Counted from the stretch's first letter, positions 18,479-53,437 are shown. The stretch: DNA of 64,000 nucleotides from Amoebidium appalachense (GCA_963693365.1 CAVNZM010000001.1:7394907-7458906); one strand, 5' to 3'. Numbers and translations: made by a program. Notes: generated from the sequence alone by a model not told the origin.

Positions 18479-20240
18479 CCTGAGTTGGGTTTCGTTAACG
18501 AGGTGAATAGGTCGAAACTCGGGTACTGTGGATGACGTGGGCTCCCCCTGAGGATGGGCTCTGCTTATTATGCATACTCTTTATGTATAACTTGCATTCT
18601 GCATCGTGTTATCCGTTTGTTCTTGTGTACTTCGTACTTTTTGACGCATTCAAACCCCCCCCCCCCCCCCCCCCCTCTCTCTCCCCCCTTTCCGGCTTGC
18701 CCGATGCCCACCAGCAACTGTCCTGAACCTCCACCACGTCTCGTACTTCAGAACATCAGCACTTCAGCTCCAGACATTTAGACCCCCAAGAGAAGGGGGG
18801 GAAGGGGGTGTGGGGGGGGAGAGGGAGGGGGGGGGGGGGAGGGGGGGAGAAGGGGATATGCTGGTGTGTGTCCATGTTGCAAGGGATGGTTTATAACAAT
18901 GTCTTTCTCTGGTGTTTACATATGCCATGTGTGAGTAAACTAATCTTCGTTCCCTTTTATTCCTAGTTTATGATATGTATTTCCCTTCTCGCTAAACATG
19001 GATTGTGCAGGAGGGGGGGGAGGGGGGGGGGGAGGGGGGGGGGGGGGGGGGGGGGGAGGTATGCATGTAGTTAGCCCCGTTTTTCATGGTTTGCTATTGT
19101 CTTTCTCTTGTTGCTTTTACAAAGAGGGTTTATTTTAGGCCGATTTATGGGCCTCCGGGTCAGGCCAAAATGCTGTTTGATGCGCACCGCGCCAATCATG
19201 AAGCATAAATCGGTTTCCGGTCCGATCCGACCCGAAGTCCTATTTTAAATATAAAAAAAAGGAAAAAACCGCTTTAACATGAGTTCTTTGTGTGTGTGCA
19301 CAGGAGGTAGAGATCTCGTACCTTGCGTCCCTGATGGACGAGCAGAGAAAGCAGACCAGTGTTAATGTCGAGCGCAAGCAGGCACGCACGGCCACAGAAC
19401 TCGAGGCAAGTGCATGGTGTGGGGGGTGGGGGTGGGTGGGGTGAGCCGCCGGGGGGGGGGGGGTGCATGTGTGTATTTTTGGGGGGGGGGGGGGGGGGAG
19501 GGGGGGGGGGGGGGGGGGCACACACTTGTGTATGTGGTTCTTTTTTTTTGTTGAAGGGGGGGGGGGGGGGGGGGGGGATATGTGTCGATGGGGTGTGCTA
19601 GTTTGGGGGGTAGGATTAATGGCATCTTTCTTTCAAATAATTTTTATTTACTGGGAACTTCTTATGGCATTTCTGTTAACGGGATAAGGATCAAGTCATT
19701 TTCATTTAGATGGAAGTCACATTTAGCTTTACCCTGTTCATCAAATAATAGGATGAGGGTGTGTCCACTGATTGTCTGTTTCAATCGCGTGATTTCCATG
19801 CAATGGAAACCGGTGATTGATCCTAAACCGGCTTTAACGACCAATAGGAGGAGAACGTTGACGACGTAGTAGTGGAGGAGCAGGGTTATGAAGACCACTG
19901 ACCTTATTTTTAAGATATATTGACCACTGTCCGTCTATTCCAATTCAATGATTACCATGCAATGAAACCCCTCCATTATTTTTTAACCCGTTTATTGACC
20001 AATAGGAGGAGGACGTTGACGACGTCGTAGTTGAGGAGGATGAGGATGATGACGATGAGAAGGCCCCCTATAACCCAAAGAACCTGCCCCTGGGCTGGGA
20101 CGGCAAGCCCATCCCTTACTGGCTTTACAAGGTATGGCTGTGTTTTTTTTGTTTTTGCTTTTTTTTCTTCTCTCGTTTTGGTTATTCGTTCCTTTTTTTG
20201 TAGGTTGGTTGGTTTTTGTTGTTTGGGGAGGGAAGGGGGT

Positions 20241-20271
<31 letters not shown>

Positions 20272-20522
20272 TGGTTTGTGTCTACAATATGGGTATGAGG
20301 GTGCATGGGTGTGTGTGGTGTGTTGGGGATTTCTCAGTGTACTGGTGTTGATGCACGCGTATGGTTGTGCTACGGTAAGCCATGTTATCGGTCGTATACT
20401 TTGGTTTACACAGCCTCAACACAACTCACCCACAAGAAAAGGGCTACCCAAAAGCCACGGGGCGGGGTGTGGTGGGATGGGGGTGGGGGTGGGGATGGAG
20501 AGGAGGGGAGGGGGCGGGGGGA

Positions 20523-20556
<34 letters not shown>

Positions 20557-20769
20557 AAGGAAGAAAGAAAGCAAGAAAAAATCTGTTGGTGCAAGTCTAC
20601 ACCATCACATATGCACACTGGTCTCCGTGCAACCCCTCTATCCTCCTGTATGCTCACCTCCACACCTATCAGCTGCATGGGCTCAACATCACATACAAGT
20701 GTGAGATCTGCGGTGGCGCAGAGTACAAGGGCCCAAAGAACTTCCAAAAACACTTCCAAGTATGTTTGA

Positions 20770-20860
<91 letters not shown>

Positions 20861-21351
20861 ACCACCACCACCGGTGCCACTGCCACCACCACCACCACCA
20901 CAATTGCTGCCCCGCAACCGAAGCCCATTCATGCAATAGGTTTCCTTTGCTGGGGCATGATAACCACTCTAGTGGTGTCAGTTCACGTGTCTGTGTATGT
21001 TTACATTTGCTCTAGTTTTCTGTTGGTTTCCTTTCTGTTGTTTGTTTTTTTTTTCCCCCGTCCCCCTCCCTACACACACACCCCCACACCGTCCTTTTTG
21101 GAGTTTGTCGTGTAAGCCGATGATATCAGGAATGTTGGGTTTATGATTATGTCCAAGAGAAACTGCAGTGTTGTATGCCGTCTAATTTGTGTGTGTGATT
21201 TTGTGTGCTTTTTGTGGGTGTGTTTATGGGTTGGTGTGGATATAGTGATATCGTTGCCTGTCATATCCACCAGCAATGTATAGGAATAGGCGGGTTAGTG
21301 TGTGCGCACGTGCGTTTTTTGTTTTTGTTTTTTTTTGTTTTGTTTTTTGCG

Positions 21352-21391
<40 letters not shown>

Positions 21392-22315
21392 GGTATTGGA
21401 TGACATGGCACCACAAACACCAGTATGCACGGTTTTTAGGTAGCACTCCCACCCATTACTTGTTAGCAACCTTACAAACAAATGTTTGTGCTTGTTTCAG
21501 CCTGTCAGACGTCGGCTGACTTCGAGACTTGAGCGCTTTCCATTGATATTTCGTCATAAAACCCAAAAAGAAGGTTGCTAGCTAACTAACTCTCTGTTTT
21601 GTTTCCGTCTCCAGGAAGCCAAGCATGCTTTTGGCATGCGACAGCTTGGAATCCCCAACACCCTCCACTTCGTCAACGTCACCAGCAAGGAGGACGCTCT
21701 TGCACGTACGTGCCTCTCTCACTGCTGCACATGCACACACACGTGCGAATGCATGCACACGTGCTCACATGTTGTACATGCTATACGTGCACGTTTCGTT
21801 TCTTTCCTTTCCCGGACACCGTTCTTTGCTTCTTCCCCTCTTCTTTTAGATGAGGGCGATTGCAAGGAAAATGGCATTCGGGGAAGGTGTGTGTGGGTGG
21901 TGGTGGTGGTGGGGGGGGGGGGGGGGGGGGGGGGAGGGGGGGGGGAGACACCAAAACTCTATGGTGCATAATGGCCTATTGGAGACTTTTTTCCTTGTAC
22001 GTCTTGGCCTTTTACATTTGAATTCATGTCCCTCTGAAAATACACTACTCATACACAAACCTACACCATGATTACACACACACACACGTACACACACACA
22101 CACGTACACACACACACACACACGTACACACACACACACGTACACTAACGGACACATACGTACACATACGTACACGTACAGTGTGGGAGAAGATAAAGGA
22201 GGAGAAAGCCAAGGGGGTGTTCAACAAAGACCAGGAGGAGGAGTACGAGGACAGCATGGGCAATGTCGTGTCCAAGCGCATATACGAGGACCTGCTCAAC
22301 AACGGCCTGCTCTGA
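11108..22315 (+). CDS. SF3A3: Splicing factor 3A subunit 3 (SF3a60/Prp9), 15 exons
   Basis: Exons 11108-11218, 12499-12599, 13313-13406, 14146-14218, 14937-14995, 15365-15483, 15962-16031, 16725-16842, 17401-17515, 18383-18443, 19304-19405, 20006-20131, 20673-20759, 21615-21705, 22182-22315. Hallmarks: [87 protein letters not shown]. All phases are consistent; two donors are GC. Confidence 0.97.
18487..18655 (+). mobile_element. Dispersed intronic repeat, family A copy (SINE-like or non-autonomous element)
   Basis: Nearly identical to 60924-61070 and similar to 37494-37656; ends in CATTCAAAC followed by poly-C. Confidence 0.8.
19790..20050 (+). repeat. Local duplication (about 158 bp offset) of the SF3A3 intron 11 acceptor and exon 12 start
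   Basis: ccatgcaatggaaacc...gaccaatag GAGGAGAACGTTGACGACGTAGTAGTGGAGGAG (from 19796) versus ccatgcaatgaaaccc...gaccaatag GAGGAGGACGTTGACGACGTCGTAGTTGAGGAG (from 19955). Confidence 0.85.
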
Positions 22316-22469
22316 GTGCTACCTTATGCTGCTGTGTGCATATTTTGTGTTTTTTTGGTTATTTTCTGCTGAGAAAGAGGATGGAGGGGGTCCAATAATG
22401 TGGGGGGGTGGGGGGTTGGATCAAATTACACCAATTTTTTACTTGTTTTTGTTTTGGAAGAAGGGGGGA

Positions 22470-22501
<32 letters not shown>

Positions 22502-23333
22502 AGGGGGGGGGGGGGGACAGGACTGCTGTTAGCACGAGTAAGATGCAGGTGAAGCTTTTCGTGTTTTATTTTGATATTTATTGTATAACAGCTGCCAAGT
22601 GTGGGCTGCAGCTGCTTTGTACGAACAGTTGGCTATACGGCTGGTTCATTTGGGGATTTTTTTTGTTATTTTTTTTTTTCATTTTTTTTTTTTTTTTTTT
22701 TTTTTGCCCCTTCCATCCCCAAAGCTAGCTGCCTGAATGCCTCGGTGGTGGTGGTGTTGGGGGTAAAGGGGGGGGACCACACGGCAAAAATATATTCGAC
22801 ACAGGTTGAATAGCAAGTTAGAGCACGATGACGACCAGTGTTTAGATGCTATGTGCGTGGGAGTTGGTCACGTTAATATTATAATTATTATCTTGCGGTA
22901 CGTGACTTCCCGATGTAGACATGTCTGCAGCGTATTATTGTTTTGTGTGTTCTGAGCACCTGCCCAAAGGTTTCACGTGTGAATCTTGCATTCCGGTCAA
23001 ATTGATCATGAATTGATGCTTTTGGCATCGACCCATATAAAAAACTTAAATCAATAATAATAAAAAAGTTCAGGTTTTTCGTATTGGTCGAGCAAGCAGT
23101 GTGTGTTTAAAACGTTTGCGTACTGTTCCAGTCCTCAGGCTGGACAATTTTTTTGGTCTTTTCATTCGAATCTGAAATGTATATCATCACATGTGTCCCG
23201 ATTCAGAACCCAAAAAAAAAAATTGTTGAGTCAAATTTGCCAGCATCAGGACTCAGCTGCAGGAGGCTAGGGTCGGGCCCCTACGCCCTCTGCTCTGCAG
23301 CATGCTGAAGCATATTTCTAGGACTTGTGACTG

Positions 23334-23897
23334 CCAACCACATCGGCAGAGTGAATAGTTGCTGCAACTTGCTCCGAGCAGAAAGATTCTGGAAAAAACA
23401 CAAATATATGCTGTAAAAAGTGAATTATTCTGCTATATTCCTACCTTTTTTATTGTTTTATAAATGTAGAACTGCTCATGGAAAAGCAGAATTATTCTGC
23501 TAGAAACAGAGTTATTCTGCGTAATTGCATGCGCAGAATACATGATGATTCTGCTTGTTGCGGAATAATTCTGTCAATAATTTTAAAAGCAGAACAATTC
23601 TGCTGAAACCAGGATGATTTTGCTTAAAGCAGATTTATGTATATTCTTACTTTTTTGTGTGCTTTATAAAAACATTATGCAGGATTATTCTGCTTTTGCG
23701 GAATTGAACAATTGTGCTTTTCGCAGAATAATTCTGTTTTTGAATAGTAGTGCAGAATAATTCTGCTTTCTGTGGAATAATTCTGGTTGGAGCCTAGTTG
23801 CGTCGACTCAGGCGATATCTGTTGTACAACTTCGTCATATCAAATGCCTTCGTACGCGTGACACATGTAATACATCACGCATCCCGGCCCCCCTCCC

Positions 23898-23947
<50 letters not shown>

Positions 23948-24536
23948 ACCGAACTGTTACACGTGTACACAGTGTACACGTCACGGTACACACCGTTGAC
24001 ATGTGCGTACATGTACACATACACACACACACACACAGACCCCACCTTCGCTATCGAACGATCCCGGCGCAAAAAAAACCTTTGAAACTTTAATATTATA
24101 GTTGCCATGATACATAAAGCAGCCATTATTCTGCTTTTGCGGAATTGAACAATTGAGCTTTTCGCAGAATAACTCTGATTTTTATAATAATGAGTGCAGA
24201 ATAATTCTGCTTTCTGCGAATCATGATTCTGCTTGGAGCCTAATATTAGCTGTGTCAACTCGGGCGATATCTGTTGTCTTCGTCATATCAAATGCCTCAC
24301 TGCGCGTGACACACGTAAATACATCAGGCATCCACCCCCCCCCCCCCCCCCCTCCCCCCCCCCTCCCCCCGCCCCCTTCCTCCCCCCCCCTCCCCCCGGC
24401 CGAACACGTGTACACGTGTACACACACACACACACACACACATGTACGCACATGTACACAAACACACACATGTACACACACAGACCCCACCTTCGCTATA
24501 GCAGAAAAAAGCTTTGGTTAATATTATAGTTGCCAT
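23334..24536. repeat. Degenerate palindromic GCAGAATWATTCTGC array with an internal direct duplication of about 420 bp
   Basis: Starts with the same CCAACCACATCGGCAGAG terminus as the 25087-25637 element. Segments 23684-24108 and 24125-24536 are diverged direct copies. Confidence 0.85.
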
Positions 24537-24668
24537 AAATTGAATACTGCTTGTGTAGTAATGTTATTAATAATATGCTTGATCAGATAGTGGCATCGTC
24601 GACGTCTTATAGTCGAGGTTGGACAGCCCCTCTCTCCTCCGGCGCCGCCATTTTCTCCCTACCTCTCT

Positions 24669-24819
<151 letters not shown>

Positions 24820-24878
24820 CTCTTTTTCCCCCTCTCCCCCCCCCCCCCCCCTCTCTCTCCCCCCTCCTCCCCCCCCCC

Positions 24879-24911
<33 letters not shown>

Positions 24912-25086
24912 GGCTCTCTCTCTCTCTCTGATCTCTCTAGCTCCCTACCTCCCTCAGTCCTTCCCCTTCCCTCCCTCCCTCCCTCTGTCCCTCCCTCCCT
25001 CCCTCCGGACCTCCCTCCTTCCCTCCCTCCCCTAGGCCTTTCGAGCTCTCCCTGGCTCACCTCCCTCGAGCTTGCCCTTTCCCTTG

Positions 25087-25637
25087 AGGCCCCACCACAT
25101 CGGCAGAGTCATTTTGCTCCGTGCAGATTTATTCTCATCATGAACTTTGAAGCAAAACTAGTGATTCTGATAGAAGCAGAATCATTCAGCAAAAAACTTT
25201 GAACGACTCTGCAAAAGCAGAATTATTCTGCTAAAGGCCGAATTATTCTGAATACAACTGCTGTGGGCAGAATAATTCTGCTAAAAGAAGAATAAATTTG
25301 CTAAAAGCAGAATAATTCTGCTTTTTGCTGACTAATGCTGTGTTTTGCAGAGTAATTCTGCTCTTTGCAAAATTATTCTGCTTTTTGCAGAGCAATTCTT
25401 GTCTTTGCAAAATAATTCTGCTTTTTTCTGAATAATGCTGCGTTTTGCATTGTAATTCTGCTCTTTGCAAAATTATTCTGTCTTGCAATGCAGAGCAATT
25501 CTTCTCTTTGCAAGATAATTCTGCTTTTTGCTGAATATTATTAATCTGCTTTCCGCATAACAATTCTGCTTTTTACAGCTGCAGATGATTCTGCTTGGAG
25601 CAACTTAACTGTTGGCTCTGCCGATGTGGTTGGGCCT
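25087..25637. mobile_element. Foldback/MITE-like element: 22-bp terminal inverted repeats enclosing a 20-bp-period palindromic minisatellite
   Basis: Left end AGGCCCCACCACATCGGCAGAG; right end reverse-complements to AGGCCCAACCACATCGGCAGAG (1 mismatch). Interior units are CTTTTTGCAGAATAATTCTG-like. No clear TSD. Confidence 0.75.
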
Positions 25638-25652
25638 ACCCTCGAAAGCCCT

Positions 25653-25687
<35 letters not shown>

Positions 25688-25710
25688 TTTCTCTCTCACT
25701 TTCTCACTTT

Positions 25711-25953
<243 letters not shown>

Positions 25954-26148
25954 GGCTCTTTCTCTTTCTTCTCTCCGGCTTTCTCTCCCTCTCCCCCCCC
26001 CCCCCCCCCCCCCCCCCCCCTCTCTCGCTCTGCCTCTTTCTCTCTCTCCCTCACTCTCCCTCTCCATCTCTCTCTCTCCTCCCCCCCCCCCCCCCCCCCC
26101 CTCTCTCTCCTCCCCCCCCCCCCCTCCCCCCCCCCCCCCCCCCTCTCC

Positions 26149-26181
<33 letters not shown>

Positions 26182-26723
26182 ACCACCACACTCACACACC
26201 CACACCCACCCCCCCTCGAGCCCCGGGGCCGCCTTGCCTCCCGAGTCCCAACGATCACCGGTAAGCAGCCCAAGTTCGGAGTTCCAGAAAGCAAAAATGA
26301 AATTTCTTGAAAAAGAGTGTAGGGTGAGTAGGTGGGACAGGAAGATGTGCTATTGGATAATACAGGCAAATCAACAACTTGAATTTTTTATACGCAGGAT
26401 GATTGGATGCAAGATGCCCGCTCACGAATGACTCCCCATACTCTTTGCCTTAGGTATTTTTGGAGATATGTCGAATCAACATTAGCTTTGCAGGTTTTTG
26501 GCATGCTTGTACCCCCTTTTACTACACATTTACGGCCTATAGAGCACCCATATATTGTATTTTCACTTCTTGTTCCAGATATTTTGAGTAGATCTTGCCT
26601 TTGACGAACGACTGGCTCATGGTGCAACCATGAGTAACAGAGCACATGAGTGTGAGTCAGTGTGACAACAAAACGGAGAGGGAGGGAGTCTTAGGAGTAT
26701 ACGTTTATGTTTCTTCAGCCAAG

Positions 26724-42978
<16,255 letters not shown>

Positions 42979-43379
42979 ATCCCCCTTCAACCTTTTCGGT
43001 CATTTTTTCCAGAGTTTGAAGGCTCAGAGATGGATTATCATAGATACATCACACACACATACACGCATTCACGTGTGTACAAATATGACAGCGGATCAAC
43101 ATGAATCCCTCTGATAAATTGGTTACTACCCAATGTGACCCACACACAAATAAGAGCAGACACGGTGTGCAAACACAAACACACACACGCAACACATTAG
43201 CGTGGGTGTGCAAAGACACAAGACACCACTCATTTGACAACAATGCCGTCTTTTCTGTAGATGTACCGCTGACATGTGCGGCTTGGTAATGTTTTTCACT
43301 CTCTTACTTGGTGTAATGTTTTACATGTATAGAAAAGTAAAAAGTTCACGGTCTGTGACCCAATGTTGAGCACTTGCTA

Positions 43380-43412
<33 letters not shown>

Positions 43413-43563
43413 ACCCACCCACCCACCCACACACACTGACTATCTAATAGTAGTAGTAGTAGCACACACAACTCAAAAAAATGAATGAAACAAACACACG
43501 GTCCTCAACTTCAAACCCAGTTCAGTTCATCCCGCCCCCACCTCCACCTGCAGCTGAGCCCCT

Positions 43564-43616
<53 letters not shown>

Positions 43617-44607
43617 CCACAGCATCACCTATTGCAAAGCTGCACCATGACCAACAGGGGCTTAACGAATTCAGGGGTAGGCTAAAGTTAACATTTTTAA
43701 ATTTAAGGCATGGCAGAACGATCCGGCTAATTATAATTAATTCACAAGAGATTAGTGGAGCGTGTGCTAAATATTTTTCGAAGATATCATCAACTAGGAG
43801 GGCCGGGCCCGGTTACGAAATTTCCCCTATAGGCGGTGAGGGAAGTCTAACGTCGTGTGGTGGTGTATTTATATCCCATGTCGTGCAGCGTGGTGGTGGC
43901 TGCTATATGCCTGTGTAATTGTTGTAGGTTGCACTCAGTTTTGCCGCGGTGTGTGTTTCTGCATTCAGGGCACCCTGGTATCCGGGTCGGGGGGGTTTTT
44001 TTTTACGAGGTCACGGTAGTGGCACGTTTTGTTTTTCCCCCCCCGAATGGCGGCTCTATAGCGTTTGTGGTTTTTGTGCTAGTGTTTGTGTTTAGTATCA
44101 TCGTATGGCCATGGGGGTCCGGGTGTAACCCGGGATACTACATCTAGGTTTCCATGTATACTCATTAGAAAAAACATCGAATACAAAAGACGTGGCTGGA
44201 AGACGCTCGAATTGCCGCCGCGCATTAGTATATAGATTGCGGGGAAAGTACAAAGTTGGGTGCGGTCGCACAAAAAGCCGTGTGCCTGCATACATGGCAC
44301 CAGCTGCATAACTACAGTAATACCGCAAGGGCAGGGGCCCACCAGACCAAATTGACACCAGACATGGAAGAAAATATCTACTACTGAGTTGCAGCCTGCC
44401 ATGCACTACTCTTTATTATGATCAGGCCCCAGGCCCGTGTTCGTGACCCCCCACTGAAATCATTGGCAACCAACAACGGGAGCACAAACTCTCTTCCATG
44501 TTACAGCATGGCTAAGCCTTTTACAGCCTTGGTAGTACCGTAGCGCGTGTCCACGGCTACCCAACCATACAACACCACGACTCAACTGCATGCACTGCCA
44601 CCTATCT

Positions 44608-49524
<4,917 letters not shown>

Positions 49525-50448
49525 GATTAAATGCTTTGACAACAAAACTCTACAATAGGGAGTGTGTCAAGTCGAGCTACATACCTACACTATGTATATG
49601 TACCTGTACAGGCGTGCCGGGCTGTACTGCATGTCCTGACATGAAGTACCAGCCGGCGTGCCACCACACTGCACAACTGTGTGGTGCCCCAAGGTTGCGC
49701 AATCTGGAGGCATCATGGCGTTTCGAGATTGACAATATGATTGGCGGAAAAGTTTTAACACTTACCCCAACACCATTTAAATGGCTAATGTCTAGTCGCA
49801 GGTCAGCAGAGTGATTCAACGTTAAAAAGTTTGGGCAATTTGATTGGCGTAACACTTCGGGACACTAGCCATATAAGGTTTTCAATCTACCAAATTAAGT
49901 ATATTTTGAGTCCCTCGATTCTGATTGGGCGACACCTGCCATTATGCTGGGCCACTGACTGCAGCTGAACTCAGTGAACGGTACAACTTACAAGTCACCG
50001 AGTTGTTGTTGGGAGTCCCTCTGCAACCTGCTACCTCCAAAGGTAGCTCTTACTTTTCAAGGCTAAAAAAATTCTCCTTCCCAAGCGACTGATCACGCGC
50101 CAACTCAGCCAGAGTTTACTTGGCCATACGGCGGCTGAGGCCACAGTCGAACGTGGCCCCAGGAAGTGCATCGTTGTGTTAGCAACAACTTTGTCCGCAT
50201 GATGAGTCGTCTCATTTTGCTGACTGCACAGTCTTGGTACCTCCAAAAAATAACACGACAGAAACAAAGAAAAAAAATGACTGTTCGTACGGTAATATAG
50301 TTTGTTCTGAGGGGGCACCAGGCATTTTTTTGCTCTCCACTTCAACCTCTGCAGATGCTCATCTTGCATGTATTTGCAGTTGCCTAAAGCATAAAGGCAC
50401 TCAATAACACATCAAAGAAACGAATCTGTTCGTGAATCAGCAGATAGA

Positions 50449-52314
50449 ATGCCTCCACCCACACCGAACCACACCCAGCCCTCCGACCCCAATAACAACA
50501 ATACATCTTATCGTAACAACTACAACCCCTCAAAATATACTCCATCCACAAGTCGGAGAGACTCTGATGTAACTCAAGGTGTTTTTCCCCCATCCAGCCC
50601 AAAGTTAAACCGCCTTGTTAGCAACATCTTGGTGATTCGTCCCCGCGCCCCTTCTCTCTCCAGAATAGATGGACCGTCCCAAGGATCTATCACCAGAATA
50701 GAGGGCTCACAACTCAATGTTTCCATTCATAGCAACCGTCCTCGGGCACCTTCTCGCACAAGATTGGATGCTGCGTCGAACGCATCTACTCTTCCAGCAT
50801 TACAGGCGCACCGATTACCAAGCTCAAGTGCTGGGAGAAAGCGGATCCCATTTCTTCTTGCTCTCTTTGTCGTTCTTCCCAACGTTTCCTTGGCATACCT
50901 CGCGAGCATCATGCGGCCGGGAATCACACAAACGGAGCCTGTTCGTTCGTTTCAACTCGTCTTGTTAACATGTGCAGGATGGTTGCTTTTCGCGTTCTTT
51001 CGGCGCTTATCCTTCTGGCCGTGCCCCTGTGTGTTACAGCCTACCTAGTGTGGTTTTCGCTTATTCCCACAGCAAAGTGTCGCCTTCCCATTTGGCATTT
51101 TTCTTTTCCCATGATGGGACTCGTGTTGATATGCTACGAAATGGCCTTTAAATGTCTGGAAAAGAAATGCGGTGGCCCCTACGACCTTCTCTCCTACGTC
51201 GAACGCCGCCCGTACCTTCGAGATCTCATCCTTTTGGCACCTTTGAGCCTGAGCAGAGATTTCATCGTTGTTCCGGTAACCAGTCTACTCCTGAGAATCC
51301 TCCTTTTGTATTTCGGCCGCTCGCGAATATGTCCCCCGGGTGGGTTTCCCGGCTGGAGGTAGATGGAATAAGTCCATGGGCAAATGTTATCCACTACGTA
51401 TATCTCACCGGTGCCCTAACTCCCGGAATTGCGTTTGCGAACGCATCTTTTGCCACGGACTATCTCATCCACCTATCTCCGGTGCAGGAAGAGAGTGAGG
51501 CATGGCACATGCACACCATCTGGCCTGTAGTTGCAAGGTGGTATAATTTATTTCTTTTGACTGTGGACATGTCGTGCATCATGTGTCTTTTTGCGGTGCG
51601 CATGGAACTGACCTTGTACTATTTGGATCAGTGTAGGTTGTTGGCCGGGATAACCTTTTTCATGTGCGACCACATACCATTTTTACTACTGGTTTTTCGC
51701 CGAGTTTATCATCGTTACTGTTCCGGGCAAACTGATTGCCGTTACTATGATCCTCATGTTGGCGGCTATATTGTTGGTTTATTCTTCCGATCTTGTTGTT
51801 GTTGTTATCAAGAGCAGTTATGCATCTGTTTCCACTCGGTTTGTCGCTGTTGAAAAGCGAAGAGACGCGCCTGTTTTAGTGCGCCGAAGGAGCGTTCAGC
51901 TGAGCACGATTAGGAATTATGGAAGTATGGAGGAAAATAGAATGCTTCTAATTTTCGCGGGGAAGGGGGAGAGGAGGAGGGGGGAGGTGGTGTAAATGCA
52001 GTAAATGTAAGCCAAGAGAAGGGGGTGTATTAGATAGACCAGGTAGGGGGGTGGAAGATAAGGCGGGTGATGTAAACGTGCAGGTTGAGGGATATGGAGA
52101 GGGGGATAGTGCAGTGGATAGTGGGAGTAACACATTGGATAATCGAGATAACTGTGAAGATAGAGGATGTAACACAAGTAGTTGCGCGGATAGCCAGAGC
52201 AATGGTGCTGAAAATCAAGACAATTCCTTAGAGAATGTGCTTGATTTAGTTGATGGTAATGTAGGTATGTATGAAGGGCAACCAGGGGGGTATGACGTGG
52301 AGTTGTTAGTGTAG
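50449..52314 (+). pseudogene. Intronless multi-pass membrane protein of unknown family, interrupted by about 5 single-base frameshifts (pseudogene or assembly indels)
   Basis: Overlapping same-strand ORFs 50449-51048, 50970-51362, 51152-51853, 51747-51995 and 52051-52314 join into roughly 620 codons: P/S/N-rich N-terminus, several hydrophobic helices, acidic G/N-rich tail. No microsatellites inside. Confidence 0.6.
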
Positions 52315-52645
52315 AAAGTATCCCCGGGGTAAACATCCACAAGTACTAGAAACCTAACTTAAATATTAATTAATCGTGTATATTTCATACTGTATGAATG
52401 AATTTATATCCACTGTGCCTAGCGGTGTGGTGCCTAAAATGAAAGGCAGGATTGGCGCTGTGCGTAAACAAATGCGCTGCCAAAATCTCCGGGGATTCCT
52501 GCATGTTTTTGTTTTTGTCATGTGAAGTCTTTAATGTGCACTGCCCCCCCCCCCTCCTCCCCATCCCCTTCCCCCCAGCCCACCTTTCCTCAAACGCGCG
52601 CGCACACACGTGCACATATGCATACACAACACGTGTACACACACG

Positions 52646-52708
<63 letters not shown>

Positions 52709-52925
52709 GTTCGCACACATACACGCACACACCACACACAAGCACACTACCACGTAGTACTACGAACCTCCCACGTGCACCCCACATGACCCCACCACCA
52801 TCCCATCTTAATATGGTACTACGAAAGGTGTTATGCAAAGTGAAATGGGAACGGGCCGGGGGGGGGGGGGGGGGGGGGGATAGATAGTAGCCATGGCGTT
52901 TTTTTTGTGTGTGTATGTGTGTGTG

Positions 52926-52956
<31 letters not shown>

Positions 52957-53437
52957 AGGAGGGGGGAGGGGGGGGGAGGGGGGAGGGCGGGTCAACACTG
53001 CTGCCACGAAAGTTTTTCTTTTGACTGGATTTATTCGACGGAAAGATATGCAAGTATGCACGGCATACTGAGAAGACAATAAAAACTTCACGAATTATCC
53101 AGTAACAAGTGCACGAAAGTTTTTTTATTTCCATGATTTTGCTTCGGTTTTTTATTTCCATGATTTTGTTTCGGTTATTTTCTTTTCTTTCCTTAAACGT
53201 TTCCCCGTTATTTTCTTTTTTTTCTTTTCCTTTCCTTTCTTTTCTACGGCGTTTCTTTTTCATTTCGTTTCTTTTTGTTTTTCTTTTTCCTTTTCTTTTT
53301 CTTTTCGTCCCCCCAAACCCCCCCCCCCGCGCCCCCCGCCCCCCCCTCCCCCCCCTCCCCCCCCCTTTTATTTATTTCTTTCTTTCTTTCTTTTTTATTT
53401 CGCGGTGTGGGTGGGTGGGTGGGTGGGTGGGGAGAGT

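Noticed and set aside
18510-18575. Complete hammerhead ribozyme in repeat family A
   Set aside because: CUGAnGA and GAAAC..GUA are present, but stems I and II do not pair in any permutation I tried; kept only as a hypothesis about ancestry.
19121-21582. Short inverted repeats at about 19121-19275 and 21462-21582
   Set aside because: Only 10-12 bp arms with no TSD; too weak to call MITEs.
25200-25600. CRISPR-like array of palindromic repeats
   Set aside because: The period is only 20 bp with 4-5 nt low-complexity spacers, the units are degenerate, there are no cas genes and the context is eukaryotic.
43857-44406. Small ORFs between the HIS4 and MFS 3' ends
   Set aside because: No recognisable protein features on either strand.
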